DNA of 64,000 bases from an uncultured Acidobacteriota bacterium (GCA_963700145.1 OY969474.1:5120001-5184000); one strand, 5' to 3'. Counted from the first letter of the stretch, positions 36,551 to 46,524 are shown. The notes: generated by a model from the letters alone, not told the origin. Program-made: numbers and translations.

Positions 36551-36850
36551 ATGAACCTACTTGCACAAGACATCCCAACGATGCACGACACCGACTTCTT
36601 GTTTGCCGTCTGGGCCGACGAAGCAGGTGGCGGCTATTTCTACGAGTTGGCCGCAGCACGAGAAGAGTTGGAGGAGCGTTACCTAGGTGAGAAGTTCATT
36701 GAGCTTCGCCATGTCGGTCGCTTCCCGACAGGTCTCGTTGGGCCGGCGGTGTGTCTTCTCGACGACGCAATGTGTGAGCGACCAGAGCCAGATTACGCGG
36801 CGCTGGACACCAGGTTGAGCGAATTATCCGATACGTCTAGACCGAGATGA
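36551..36850 (+). CDS. Hypothetical protein (lower GC)
   Basis: 99-aa acidic ORF with ATGA overlap to the next gene. Confidence 0.45.
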   Translation: MNLLAQDIPTMHDTDFLFAVWADEAGGGYFYELAAAREELEERYLGEKFIELRHVGRFPTGLVGPAVCLLDDAMCERPEPDYAALDTRLSELSDTSRPR

Positions 36851-37316
36851 AAAAGTGCGATCTGTGCTACGGAAAGAATGAGGACGACGCCCGGTTCTGC
36901 AAGTGGTGCTCTCGTAGCTTTTCGTCGTCGCGAGAAGCCCACGGCTCCAACCGGCCTCAAGCCACCAGCGTTATCTCTGCGGTGGTGATTGTCGGTGCGA
37001 TTGCGTTCTTTGGAACGATCGGCGTGAAGCGCAGCTGTGGAGAGAGCGGCGCCGGCCCGAACCCCACAGCTGCCAGCGTGTCACCTGCCTCCCCGACCCA
37101 ACATGCAGAGGGGCAGGTGATCTCGGGGGAGCATTGGTTCGGATGTGCAGATCGAGACGACTTCGATAGGTTGGTTCGATACGGCGTTCAGGGAGACCGC
37201 AAGGCCTTTAGCCAAGGCCTCGCCGCTGGATTGCTTACTGGAGCTTGCACGATGTTCAAAGATGGCGAACCGGTCTACCTTGCCGATACAGCTATATTCT
37301 CAGGTGTCATTAAGGT

Positions 37317-38775
37317 GGGGATGCCCCGTTCCCTGTTGAAAGCCGAAAGAGGGAAAGCGGCTCGGTTGATCATGCCACGGCCTTGGTGTTCGTCGGTTCC
37401 TCGATCGCCGCGAGCGCGAGCTCGAGAGCCCCGAGGTGCCGATGTCCCTTGACACGCCGGAAGCCAGCCTCCGCGTCACACAGCGCCAGGGCGACCCAGC
37501 GCAGCACCATGTCGCCGCCGCGCCAGCGCTTGACGTTGCGCGTCGTCGTACGGATCGAGCCGATCGTGTTCTCGATCGCGTTGGTCGAGGCGAGCAACCG
37601 GCGCAGAGCGTCGGGCAGCTTCAGCCGCAAGGCGGTGAGGGTCTCGTCGAGGCCCTCGCGCAGGCTGCCCGCGGCGCCCGCGTGGCCTGCGTGCTCGAGC
37701 CAGCGGGCAAGCTGCTCGAGGCGACGCTTGGCGAGGTCGAAGCGAGCGCTCTGGTAGGCCTCGACCATCAGGCGGTCGACCCGGGCTTGGAGCTGCTTGG
37801 GCAGGTGGTCGCGGACGTTGCGGCGCTTGTGGAGCTGGCAGCGCTGGACGTGGGTTGCGTCCCCGAAGACGGCGCGCACGGCCTTGCGCAGCCCCTTGCC
37901 GCCGTCGAGCACCGCCAAGAAGCGCGGCGGCATCGCGAGGCCTCGCTCCAACAGCTCCTGGAGCAGGCCGGTACAGAGCGCCGCGTTCTCCGTCGCGCCT
38001 TCACGCAGGCCGAGCACCCGCTTGGTCCCGTCGCGCGCGATGCCGAGTGCCACCACCAGGGTGTGGCCGGCCACCTCCAGCCCGTCGATCATCAGGATCA
38101 GGGGCTGGAAGTCCGACAGGTCTCGGCGCAGCCACGCGCCCAGCAGACGACGCGTCCCCGCCACCAGCCGGCGCTGGACCGCACTCTTGCTCGTCGCGCG
38201 CTCCGGCACCGACTCTGCGAGCGGCTCCAAGCTCCGACCGTAGCGGCGCTGCGAGACGCCGACCAGCGCCTGCTCGATCACCCGCTCCGTGAAGGGATCT
38301 TCGTCCTGAAAGGCGCGCACCGAAGGCAAGCTCATCTCGCCACCGTCGCGTCGCCGGACGCGCGGTCGCGGCAGCGCCACCTGGCGGCCACCCAGCACGA
38401 ACTCGCTCGCCGTCGAGCCCCAGCGGTACGCCTCGCGGGTCGGATTGCGCCGACGCTTCGGACCGACGACGGCCTCGACCTCGTCCGCGAGCTGCCGCCC
38501 CAGGGCCTCGACGCCCGCGGCGTGAAACAGCTCCAGCAGCCCCTGGCGGCTGGCCTCGATGCCCTCGACCATCGGCCGCAGCAGCGCTTGTAGCCCGTGG
38601 CTGATGCGCGCCGCACGGCCCCCTTGCCACACCACCCGCCTTTCTGCTCTCGTCTTCATCACGGCTCCTTGGCCCCCTGGCGGGGCCGGTTATTCGACCA
38701 ACCCGATTCTCGATCAGGTGGGCCGAGGAGCCGCCTTCACCTCATTGCTCTTTCAACAGCGGGAGGGACAACCCC
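37317..38775 (-). mobile_element. IS256-family insertion sequence, copy 2 (1459 bp, inverted)
   Basis: Same ends as copy 1; 9-bp target duplication CATTAAGGT at 37308-37316 and 38776-38784. Confidence 0.95.
37370..38662 (-). CDS. IS256/Mutator-family DDE transposase
   Basis: Translation identical to 35015..36307. Confidence 0.93.
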   Translation of the reverse strand: MMKTRAERRVVWQGGRAARISHGLQALLRPMVEGIEASRQGLLELFHAAGVEALGRQLADEVEAVVGPKRRRNPTREAYRWGSTASEFVLGGRQVALPRPRVRRRDGGEMSLPSVRAFQDEDPFTERVIEQALVGVSQRRYGRSLEPLAESVPERATSKSAVQRRLVAGTRRLLGAWLRRDLSDFQPLILMIDGLEVAGHTLVVALGIARDGTKRVLGLREGATENAALCTGLLQELLERGLAMPPRFLAVLDGGKGLRKAVRAVFGDATHVQRCQLHKRRNVRDHLPKQLQARVDRLMVEAYQSARFDLAKRRLEQLARWLEHAGHAGAAGSLREGLDETLTALRLKLPDALRRLLASTNAIENTIGSIRTTTRNVKRWRGGDMVLRWVALALCDAEAGFRRVKGHRHLGALELALAAIEEPTNTKAVA

Positions 38776-38903
38776 CATTAAGGTGCGCCGTAAGGGGGAA
38801 GTCAACGAGTTTTGGACTAACCTTGAGGCGGTAAAGTGAATGCCTACACAACCCCTGCCAGGTGGCTGGCGCGAGCGCGCCGCCGAGGCACAAGGCCGTC
38901 CTG

Positions 38904-39140
38904 ATGCCGGTCGACTATCTGGACGCCGCGATGGAGTGCGCCTCCTACGAGAAGATCGAGGGCGAGCAGCCCTACTACGGCGAGATCGAGGGCTTTCGCG
39001 GACTCTGGGCGACGGGCTCCACGCTGGAGAAGTGCCGGCGAAATCTGCGGCGGGCGCTGGAGGACTGGATCTTCTTCTCGGCCGCGCGCGGGATGGACCT
39101 TCCCCCCGCGAGCGACCTCGTCCATTTACCATCTCCCTGA
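38904..39140 (+). CDS. hicB: HicB-family antitoxin (no hicA seen)
   Basis: YYGEIEGFRGLWATGSTLEKCRRNLRRALEDW pattern. Confidence 0.75.
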   Translation: MPVDYLDAAMECASYEKIEGEQPYYGEIEGFRGLWATGSTLEKCRRNLRRALEDWIFFSAARGMDLPPASDLVHLPSP

Positions 39141-39229
39141 GCAACTGGAGCAGTCGGCGGATGCCGGCACACCCGCGCGCTGAGAGTCATAGAAACAGAG
39201 GCGCTCATAGACCAGCGAGGTGACTTCTA

Positions 39230-39883
39230 ATGCGGCTGATATTGACGTGCCTCGCTCTAATTCTGGCCATCGCTTGCAAAGATGAAGAGGAGGCACGCGC
39301 CCAGCTTCAAGCAGCCGAGCGTGCCCGAGCCGCCGAGGAGGTAGAGGTTCAGCGACAGCGGGCGGAGGCCGCGACCGCAGTGAGGAACTCACTCGAGGCG
39401 CTTGGGGCAGATCCCGATGTCGAGACCGTCCAGAAGGCGTGCGAGCCAGGGCTCATCGCAAATGCTCTGAACTCCGATCAACAGGTGGCCGAGACCTGCT
39501 CTGCTGCTTACCTCGAGCTGGCGCGAAAGGAGATTCGCCGGCGCGACGTAGCGAAGGCTGCGTTGTACCTGGACCAGCAGCGATTTACCGGTATCAACTC
39601 GGAAGAGGTAACAGACGTTAACGACAACTTGGCTGCCCTCGTCGAGAAGGAGCGGGCTGACGCTCGCGCCAAGCAGGAGTCTGAGGCTCGGCGAGCCGGA
39701 GAGGGTGCGAACCCCGCCGACTGGCGGCAGGCGCAAGATTTCCTCGCCCAGCTACCACCGGCGTGCGCGGGCAGCAGGGCGTCAGTCTCTTCCGATGGCT
39801 CAGTCCTCATTCGACTGATCTGTCACGGTGCACAGCAGTCTATGGACGGGAGCATTCGAATCAAGGATGGCCTTGTTACTTAG
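39230..39883 (+). CDS. Putative lipoprotein, hypothetical (lower GC)
   Basis: GAGGTG RBS; MRLILTCLALILAIA-C lipobox-like end; helical charged body. Confidence 0.7.
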   Translation: MRLILTCLALILAIACKDEEEARAQLQAAERARAAEEVEVQRQRAEAATAVRNSLEALGADPDVETVQKACEPGLIANALNSDQQVAETCSAAYLELARKEIRRRDVAKAALYLDQQRFTGINSEEVTDVNDNLAALVEKERADARAKQESEARRAGEGANPADWRQAQDFLAQLPPACAGSRASVSSDGSVLIRLICHGAQQSMDGSIRIKDGLVT

Positions 39884-39901
39884 ATTCATTGAGGTCAGGC
39901 G

Positions 39902-40006
39902 AGCCGTGGCGCCTCCGGTCAGGTAGACGCGCACGTCTTCTCCGACCTCCCGGCCCAGCGCGCGCATGAAGCGGCCGAGCCGCTCGCGGTCTACCGGGCG
40001 GCGCAT
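39902..40006 (-). pseudogene. Truncated DUF6036-like nucleotidyltransferase (first ~35 codons)
   Basis: MRRPVDRERLGRFMRALG...RVYLTGGATA, then an abrupt switch to AT-richer unrelated sequence. Confidence 0.6.
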
Positions 40007-40269
40007 TCGGCCGCGTTCTCGAAGCTGACGAGGCGCCGCACGAGAGCGTTGTAACGCGAGTGCGCCGAGTCCGGGTCGGTTTCCGCGAGGCGCTCGTAGA
40101 GGCGGAGCTCCGGGGAGGAGATCGCGGGGTCCGGGACGGCGAAGCCGATGCGGCGCAGGCGCGGCGCGCCGATCGAGACCAGGAGCGCGGGCACCGACTC
40201 GACTCCCCGTTCCAGGTCGGCGATCCCTTCGCGCACCAGATCGCTCCCGGGAAGGTTTTCGAGCTCCAC
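39991..40269 (-). CDS. Small helical protein, probable partner of the truncated nucleotidyltransferase
   Basis: GTG 40269 six nt after TATACT; LPGSDLVREGIADL...AHSRYNALVRRLVSFE; overlaps the start of the NTase fragment. Confidence 0.65.
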   Translation of the reverse strand: MELENLPGSDLVREGIADLERGVESVPALLVSIGAPRLRRIGFAVPDPAISSPELRLYERLAETDPDSAHSRYNALVRRLVSFENAAECAAR

Positions 40270-40334
40270 GCCGCGAGTATAGACGCGCAGCCGCTGACGC
40301 CCGGCCGCGAGCGCTTGGGGCGTAGACTGCAACC

Positions 40335-40814
40335 ATGGGGCGGCGCGTGTACCTGGAGACGACAGTCATCAGCTACCTGACCGCACGCCCGATGAGGACC
40401 GTGGTCGGCGCAGCCCATCAACAAATCACGCTGGATTGGTGGCACCATCGACGGCACGAGTTCGACCTCGTGGTCTCGGAGGCGGTCATTCGCGAAGCCG
40501 AGCGGGGCGATGCCGACGCCGCCGAGCGGCGGCTGGCGGTCTTGAAGGGGATACCTCGCCTCGCACTGACGGAAGAGGCCCTTCGACTCGCCGAGGGGTT
40601 CGTGCGTCGCGGCCTCTTGCCGAGCAAGGCGTCCGAGGACGGCCTCCATATCGCGGTGGCAACGGTTCACCGGGTGGACTATCTTCTCACCTGGAACTGT
40701 GCCCACATCGCTAATCCGGAGCTTCAGGCGAAACTGGCGGAATACCTCGGAGAGCTGGAGTTGTTCCTGCCGTTCATCTGCACCCCCGAAGAGTTGCTGG
40801 GAGCCGAGCTATGA
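40335..40814 (+). CDS. vapC: PIN-domain VapC-like toxin
   Basis: VYLETTVISYL, VSEAVIRE, DGLHIAVA, DYLLTWNC.HIAN, ICTPEEL. Confidence 0.85.
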   Translation: MGRRVYLETTVISYLTARPMRTVVGAAHQQITLDWWHHRRHEFDLVVSEAVIREAERGDADAAERRLAVLKGIPRLALTEEALRLAEGFVRRGLLPSKASEDGLHIAVATVHRVDYLLTWNCAHIANPELQAKLAEYLGELELFLPFICTPEELLGAEL

Positions 40815-41017
40815 CACCGGACACCATCGTCGAGGAAGTTCGTCGAGGCCGAGAGGAGCATGCGGCAAGATTCCACTACGACCTCGTCCAAATTTTCGCG
40901 GATCTCAAGCGCACAGAGCAAGAACGCAACGGGGACGATTTCCCTCTTGTGGAGCCTGAGCTCGGCAACGTGCCGTCCAACCCCTCGTTGCACCGAGCGC
41001 GCTTCGCGCGGCGCTGA
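40811..41017 (+). CDS. Probable antitoxin partner of the PIN protein
   Basis: ATGA overlap; DTIVEEVRRGREEHAARFHYDL. Confidence 0.7.
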   Translation: MTPDTIVEEVRRGREEHAARFHYDLVQIFADLKRTEQERNGDDFPLVEPELGNVPSNPSLHRARFARR

Positions 41018-41021
41018 GCTC
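40975..41021 (+). other. Degenerate, truncated integron attC-like site
   Basis: GTCCAAC (RYYYAAC), ccctcgttgcac, hairpin cgcgc-ttc-gcgcg, gctgagctc; the final GTTRRRY is missing. Confidence 0.5.
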
Positions 41022-41113
41022 CAGCCAACAGCTGCGTTCGCGCTGCGCGCCGACGAGCTGGTGAACTGAGGGCTGCGCGGTAGACGCCGCTCGCCGCTGC
41101 TAGCCTTGCCGCC

Positions 41114-41893
41114 GTGCGGAAGCCGCCGCTGCGGAAGGGGTTAGGGCAGCACCACTTGGTGTCCGGGGCGCTCTGCCGGCCGCTGGTCGGGTTCCTGGCG
41201 CCGGCGGGGGAGCGGGTGGTGGAGATCGGGCCGGGGGGTGGGGTGCTCACGCGCGAGTTGCTCGCCGCCGGCGCGCGGCGGGTCCTCGGGCTCGAGCTCG
41301 ATGCCGCTTGGGCCTTTGCGCTGCGGCGCCAGCTCCGCGACACCCGGCTCGCGCTGGTCGTCGCGGACGCGCTCGACTTCGATTGGTCGTGCCTGCCGGC
41401 GCCGACACTCGTCGGCGGGAACCTCCCGTACAACGTCGCCACCGCGATCCTCGAGCGGTTCCTGCCGCACGGCGGGCGCGTGCCGCGCGCCGCCTTTCTG
41501 GTGCAGAAGGAGGTGGCGGAGCGGATCGTCGCCGGGCCCGGCGATCCCGGCTACGGCAGCTTCAGCGTGCTCGTCGCCTGCTACGCGCGGGCGAGCGTTC
41601 TCGGCCGCGTGCGTCCGGGGAGCTTCCGCCCGCCGCCGAAGGTCGAGAGCGCCTTCGTCGGCCTCGAGCTCCACCCGCCGCCGCTTCCGCCGGGCGAGAT
41701 GCCCGCCTTCGTCGCCACGGTCCGGCTCGCCTTCGGCCAGCGGCGGAAGACGCTGCGCAACGCGCTGGCCGCCGGGTGGGGGAGGGAGGAGGCCGAGCGC
41801 GGCCTCGCCGCCGCGGGACTTCCGCCCGGCGCCCGCGCCGAGGAGCTGGGGCTCGCCGAATTTCTTGCGCTCCACGCGCAGCGGTGGCGCTGA
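41114..41893 (+). CDS. rsmA: 16S rRNA adenine dimethyltransferase RsmA/KsgA
   Basis: LGQHHL, VEIGPGGG, GNLPYN, VQKEVAER, FRPPPKVES, FGQRRKTLRN. Confidence 0.95.
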   Translation: MRKPPLRKGLGQHHLVSGALCRPLVGFLAPAGERVVEIGPGGGVLTRELLAAGARRVLGLELDAAWAFALRRQLRDTRLALVVADALDFDWSCLPAPTLVGGNLPYNVATAILERFLPHGGRVPRAAFLVQKEVAERIVAGPGDPGYGSFSVLVACYARASVLGRVRPGSFRPPPKVESAFVGLELHPPPLPPGEMPAFVATVRLAFGQRRKTLRNALAAGWGREEAERGLAAAGLPPGARAEELGLAEFLALHAQRWR

Positions 41894-43974
41894 TGCAGTG
41901 GGACCTGCTCGCCGCGATGCTCGCCTGCGCCGCCGGCGGCGTCGCGCTCTGGAACCTCTGCTTCCGGCCGCGGCTGCCGTGGCGGTGGGCCGCCGTCCTC
42001 GCCGCGCTCGCCCTCGGCCCGCTCCTGCCGGCGCTGCGCCCGGGGATGGTCTACGGCCCCTTCGACACGAACGCCTCGAAGCTGCCGTGGGCGACTTCCA
42101 CCGCGGAGTTCGGCGCGCGCCCCGAGAGCCCGGGCCTCAACGACGTCACCCTCCAATTCGTTCCATGGCAGACCGAGGCGCGGCAGCAACTCCTCGCCGG
42201 GCGGGTGCCGCTCTTCAACCCCTACTCCGGCGCCGGGCAGCCCCTCCTCGGCAACGGCCAGTCGGCGCCGTTCAGCGCGGTCTCGCTCGCGGCGCTGCCC
42301 TTCGACCCGCGGCGGGCGCAGTCGCTGCGCGCCTTCCTCAAGGTCCTCCTTGCCCTCGCTGGAACGTTCCTCGCCGCGCGCCAGCTCGGCTGCCGCCCCT
42401 GCTTCGCGCTGCCGGCGGCGGTCGCCTACGCCTACGGCGGGTCGCTGGCGGTCTGGCAGCTCTTCCCGCACGCCGAGGTGATGGCGCTCTGGCCGTTCGC
42501 CTTCCTGGCGAGCGAGTGGCTGTTCGCCGCGCCCGAGGAACGACGCGCGCGTGCGCTCCTTGTCCTGGCGCTCGCCGGGATGCTCCTCGCCGGGCACCCG
42601 GAGACGGCCGTCGCCGCCGGGCTCGCCCTCGCGGGGCGCTGGATCTACGTTCTCTTGCGGCACCGGCGCGACCCGCTGCGGCGGCGGGCCGTCGCCGTTG
42701 TCGCCGCGGGCGCGGCGCTCGCCGTCCTCCTCACCGCGTTCTTCACCCTGCCGCTGGCGCAGACCATCCTCGGCTCGGAGAAGCTGGCGCGCGCCGAGGC
42801 CGGCGGCACGGAGGTCGCGCCGGCCGCCGCCCGTGCCGCCTCGCTCGGCGCCCTGCTCAACCACGTCGCGCCGGGGGTCGGGGGGCCCTCGACGCTGCAC
42901 TGGCTGGTCGAAGGGACGGTCGGTCTGCCGGCGCTCTTCCTCGCAATCGCCGGGCTCCTCGCCGGCACCTGGCGGCGCCCGCCGGGCGGCTACCTCGCGC
43001 TCCTCGCCGTCGTCGCCTACGCGCTCCACCTCGACCCCGGCGTCTTGCGGCCGCTCCTCCGCGGCGTTCCGCTCCTCGCCGCCTTCGCGCCCCGCTACAT
43101 GGCCTACCTCGGCGGCTTCGCCGTCGCGCTCCTCGCCGCGCTGGCGCTGGAGCGCTGGGCGGCGGCGCGCGCCGACCGACCCGGCGGCTCCCGCGCGTTC
43201 GCGCCGGCCGCCGGGATCGCCGTTGCGTTCCTCACGCTCGCCCAGCTCCGCCTGGCCTTCGCCGGCTACGTCCCCACCGTCCCGGCGGCCGTCGCCTACC
43301 CGGAAGTGCCGCTCCTCACGCGCCTGGCACGCGAGCCCGGGCCCTTCCGGCTGATCGGCACGCGCGGCGTCCTGCCGCCCAACGCCTCGACCGTCTACCG
43401 CCTGCGCGACGTCCGCTCGCACGACCCGACGGAGCCCGCGCGCCTCGTCGCCTGGCAGCACGCGCGGCTCGACCTCGACGCCCGCCGCTACCACAAGCAC
43501 TACCCCGGCCCGCGCCCGGAGCACCTGCCCGCGCTCCGCCGGCTGGGAGTCCGCTTCCTCCTCGCCGGCCCGCGCCTCCGCCCCGGCCCGCCCTGGATCG
43601 ACCGCGGCCGCTTCGGCGCGACCCAGCTCTGGGAGCTGCCGGGGGAGGTGCGCTGGGCGTCCTTCCAGGCGCCGCCGCGCCGCGCGCAAGTGCTGGAAAC
43701 GAAGGTGGACGGCGACCGGATCGACGTGCGAGTCGCGGTCCGCGAGCCGGCCTGGCTGGTCGTCGCCCAGGCGGCGGTGCCCGGCTGGCGCGCGGAGGCC
43801 GACGGCCGGCCGCTCCCGACCGGCGCCGCAGAGGGCGCCCTCCTCGCCGTGCGTGTCCCCGCCGGCGCCCGCAGTGTCCGCCTCCGCTACGCCCCGGCCG
43901 CCTGGCGATTGGGGGCCGCGCTCTCGCTCCTGGGGCTGGGCGTTGCCGCCGGCTATGCTAGACTTCATCGCTAG
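41893..43974 (+). CDS. YfhO-like polytopic membrane protein (GT-C type)
   Basis: TGATG overlap with rsmA; PLFNPYSGAGQPLLGN, LAGHPE, PGWRA..DG, VRVPAG...VRLRY. Confidence 0.78.
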   Translation: MQWDLLAAMLACAAGGVALWNLCFRPRLPWRWAAVLAALALGPLLPALRPGMVYGPFDTNASKLPWATSTAEFGARPESPGLNDVTLQFVPWQTEARQQLLAGRVPLFNPYSGAGQPLLGNGQSAPFSAVSLAALPFDPRRAQSLRAFLKVLLALAGTFLAARQLGCRPCFALPAAVAYAYGGSLAVWQLFPHAEVMALWPFAFLASEWLFAAPEERRARALLVLALAGMLLAGHPETAVAAGLALAGRWIYVLLRHRRDPLRRRAVAVVAAGAALAVLLTAFFTLPLAQTILGSEKLARAEAGGTEVAPAAARAASLGALLNHVAPGVGGPSTLHWLVEGTVGLPALFLAIAGLLAGTWRRPPGGYLALLAVVAYALHLDPGVLRPLLRGVPLLAAFAPRYMAYLGGFAVALLAALALERWAAARADRPGGSRAFAPAAGIAVAFLTLAQLRLAFAGYVPTVPAAVAYPEVPLLTRLAREPGPFRLIGTRGVLPPNASTVYRLRDVRSHDPTEPARLVAWQHARLDLDARRYHKHYPGPRPEHLPALRRLGVRFLLAGPRLRPGPPWIDRGRFGATQLWELPGEVRWASFQAPPRRAQVLETKVDGDRIDVRVAVREPAWLVVAQAAVPGWRAEADGRPLPTGAAEGALLAVRVPAGARSVRLRYAPAAWRLGAALSLLGLGVAAGYARLHR

Positions 43975-44011
43975 TTAGGCCCCAATCCTTCACCTGGAAC
44001 CTGAACCGGAC

Positions 44012-46513
44012 TTGAGCGCCGAGACCCACGTGCCTCTGGTCGTCAGCAGGAAGCGCGGCGCCGCGCCCCCGGCCCTGTCGCCGGAGAAAAGCCGCGAGCT
44101 CCTGGGCATCCTCCTCGTCGCCCTGGCGCTCTTCCTCGGTCTCGCCCTCGGCACCTACCAGCCCGAGGACCCGAGCTTCTTCCACCGCACGATCTCGGAC
44201 GCTTCGCGCACCCGCAACGCGGCCGGGCCGGTGGGAGCGGAGATCGCCGCCCTGGCCTTCCAGTTCCTCGGCGCCTCCTGCCTCGCGGTGCCGTTCTTCC
44301 TCCTGATCGGCGGCTGGCGCCGCCTGCGCCGCCGCAACGGCGAGAAGGTCGTGGGGCGCGGCATCGGCGCGCTGCTCCTCCTCGCCGCCCTGCCGGCACT
44401 GCTCCAGGTGCTCGTCGCCGAGGTCCCGTGGCGGCAGGCGACGGTCGCCGCCGGCGGCGCCTTCGGCGTCGTGCTCTCGGAGCTGCTGCTCGCCCGGCTC
44501 AACCTGCCGGGGACGCTACTCGTCCTGCTGGTGGCGCTCCTGGCCGGCGCCCTCCTCGCCGTGCAGTCCACGCTCGACGACATGCTGCGCGCCTGGCGCG
44601 CCCGCCTCGCGCACGGCTGGCAGGAGTGGCAGCTCGCCCGCGCCCGGCGCAAGGAGCGGAAGGCGAAGGAGAGGTCGCGCCGCCGCGTCGTCGCCAAGCA
44701 CCTCCAGCGCGCCGCCGAGGAGAAGCAGCGCAAGGAGGAGCCGGCGCCGCCGCCGGTCATCGCGCGCGGCATGTCGGCGGCCGCGGCGGCGCCCGCCGGC
44801 GGCCGGATCGACCTGCCGCTACGGCGGGTCGCGAGCGGCGCCGACGGCGACCTGGCGTTGCGCCGCGCGCCCGCCGCGCCGCCCGAGGACCTCGACGAGC
44901 TGGACCTCGCCCCCGAGCGGCCGCGCGCCGCGGCCGGCCCGCGCGCCGCCGCCGAGCGCAGCGCCGCAACCCGTGCGACGCGCAATCCGCGGCAGGAGGC
45001 GCTCTTCACCGCCCCGCCGGCGACCCCCGGCGCCCTGCCGCCGATCAACCTCCTCTCGCTCGAGGAGCCGCGCAGCGGTATCGACGAGAGCGAGCTGGTG
45101 CGGCTGGGCGAGATGATCCGCTCGCGCTGCGCCGAGTTCGGGGTCGAGGGAACGGTCGAGGGGATCAGCCCCGGGCCGGTCATCACCGTCTACGAGCTGC
45201 AGCCGGCGCCGGGCGTCAAGGTGGCGCAGATCGTCAACCTCCAGGACGACCTCGCGCTCGCGCTCAAGGCCGAGTCGGTGCGCATCGACCGCATGCCCGG
45301 GCGGTCGACCCTCGGCGTCGAGGTCCCCAACCGCGAGCGGGCGACGATCCACCTGGGCGCTCTCCTCGCCGACGAGCGGTTCAAGCGGGCGCCGTCGGTC
45401 TTGACCATGGCCCTCGGCACCGACATCCACGGCCAGCCCTACTACGCCGACCTCGCCGGCATGCCGCATCTCCTGGTGGCGGGCGCCACCGGCGCCGGCA
45501 AGAGCGTCGGCCTCCAGGCCATGATCACCTCGATCCTCTACCGCGCCACGCGCGACGAGGTGCAGTTCATCTTCATCGATCCGAAGCGGATCGAGCTCGG
45601 CGTCTACGCCGACATCCCGCACCTCAAGTGCGAGGTCGTGGTGGACCCCAAGAAGGCGGCCAACGCGCTGCGCTGGGCGGTGGCCGAGATGGAGCGGCGC
45701 TACCGCCTGCTCGCCGAGGTCCACGTGCGCTCGATCGCCTACTACAACCGCGCCATCCAGGACCCGCAGGTGCAGCAGCGGCTGGCGCTCTCCGAAGGGG
45801 AGAGCGCGCTCGCCGCCGAGGACCTGAAGCCGCTGCCCTACTACGTCGTGGTGATCGACGAGCTCGCCGACCTGATGATGGTGTCGTCGGCGGAGGTGGA
45901 GGCGTCGATCGCGCGGCTGGCGCAGATGGCGCGCGCCGTCGGCATCCACCTGATCGTGGCCACGCAGCGCCCGTCGGTGGACGTCCTGACCGGCACCATC
46001 AAGGCGAACTTCCCCTGCCGCATCAGCTACGCCACGGCGAGCCGCCACGACTCGCGCACGATCCTCGACCAGATCGGCTCGGAGAAGCTGCTCGGCAAGG
46101 GCGACATGCTGTTCATGCCCCCCGGCTCCTCGCGCATCATGCGGCTCCACGGCGCCTACGTCTCGGAGCAGGAGACGGCGGCGCTGGTGCGCTGGCTCAA
46201 GAAGCAGGGGCGGCCGGAGCTCGACCCCGAGGTGCTGGCCGACCAGGAGGAGGGCGGGATGGGCGGCGGCGGCGACGAGGGGGACGACGTGCTCTACGAC
46301 GAGGCGTCGCGCCTGGTGGTGACCGAGCGCATGGCCTCGGCCTCCTTCCTCCAGCGCCGCATGCGCATCGGCTTCTCCCGCGCCGCCCGCCTCATCGACA
46401 TGATGGCCCGCGACGGCCTCCTCGGCCCCCCCCAGGGCAGCAAGCCGCGCGAGGTCCTGGTCAAGCAGGACTACTTCGCAGAAGTGGACCTCGCCCGCCG
46501 CGGCGAGGGGTAG
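44012..46513 (+). CDS. ftsK: DNA translocase FtsK
   Basis: 4-TM N-domain, PHLLVAGATGAGKS, IDELADLM, ATQRPS, gamma domain LQRRMRIGFSRAAR. Confidence 0.97.
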   Translation: MSAETHVPLVVSRKRGAAPPALSPEKSRELLGILLVALALFLGLALGTYQPEDPSFFHRTISDASRTRNAAGPVGAEIAALAFQFLGASCLAVPFFLLIGGWRRLRRRNGEKVVGRGIGALLLLAALPALLQVLVAEVPWRQATVAAGGAFGVVLSELLLARLNLPGTLLVLLVALLAGALLAVQSTLDDMLRAWRARLAHGWQEWQLARARRKERKAKERSRRRVVAKHLQRAAEEKQRKEEPAPPPVIARGMSAAAAAPAGGRIDLPLRRVASGADGDLALRRAPAAPPEDLDELDLAPERPRAAAGPRAAAERSAATRATRNPRQEALFTAPPATPGALPPINLLSLEEPRSGIDESELVRLGEMIRSRCAEFGVEGTVEGISPGPVITVYELQPAPGVKVAQIVNLQDDLALALKAESVRIDRMPGRSTLGVEVPNRERATIHLGALLADERFKRAPSVLTMALGTDIHGQPYYADLAGMPHLLVAGATGAGKSVGLQAMITSILYRATRDEVQFIFIDPKRIELGVYADIPHLKCEVVVDPKKAANALRWAVAEMERRYRLLAEVHVRSIAYYNRAIQDPQVQQRLALSEGESALAAEDLKPLPYYVVVIDELADLMMVSSAEVEASIARLAQMARAVGIHLIVATQRPSVDVLTGTIKANFPCRISYATASRHDSRTILDQIGSEKLLGKGDMLFMPPGSSRIMRLHGAYVSEQETAALVRWLKKQGRPELDPEVLADQEEGGMGGGGDEGDDVLYDEASRLVVTERMASASFLQRRMRIGFSRAARLIDMMARDGLLGPPQGSKPREVLVKQDYFAEVDLARRGEG

Positions 46514-46524
46514 CTGCCGCCGTT

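Larger units (their letters stand above)
36847..38839 (+). pseudogene. Zinc-ribbon + TM membrane protein interrupted by IS256 copy 2
   Basis: CDLC...CKWC, one TM; removing the IS and one CATTAAGGT copy restores ...SGVIKVRRKGEVNEFWTNLEAVK* (174 aa). Confidence 0.85.

Noticed and set aside
34902-38775. Composite transposon that delivered the 956-bp middle segment
   Set aside because: Each IS has its own target duplication and splits a gene whose halves lie on either side, so the middle DNA was already there
39139-39197. hicA gene or attC site after hicB
   Set aside because: No HicA-like ORF; neither RYYYAAC nor GTTRRRY boxes are present
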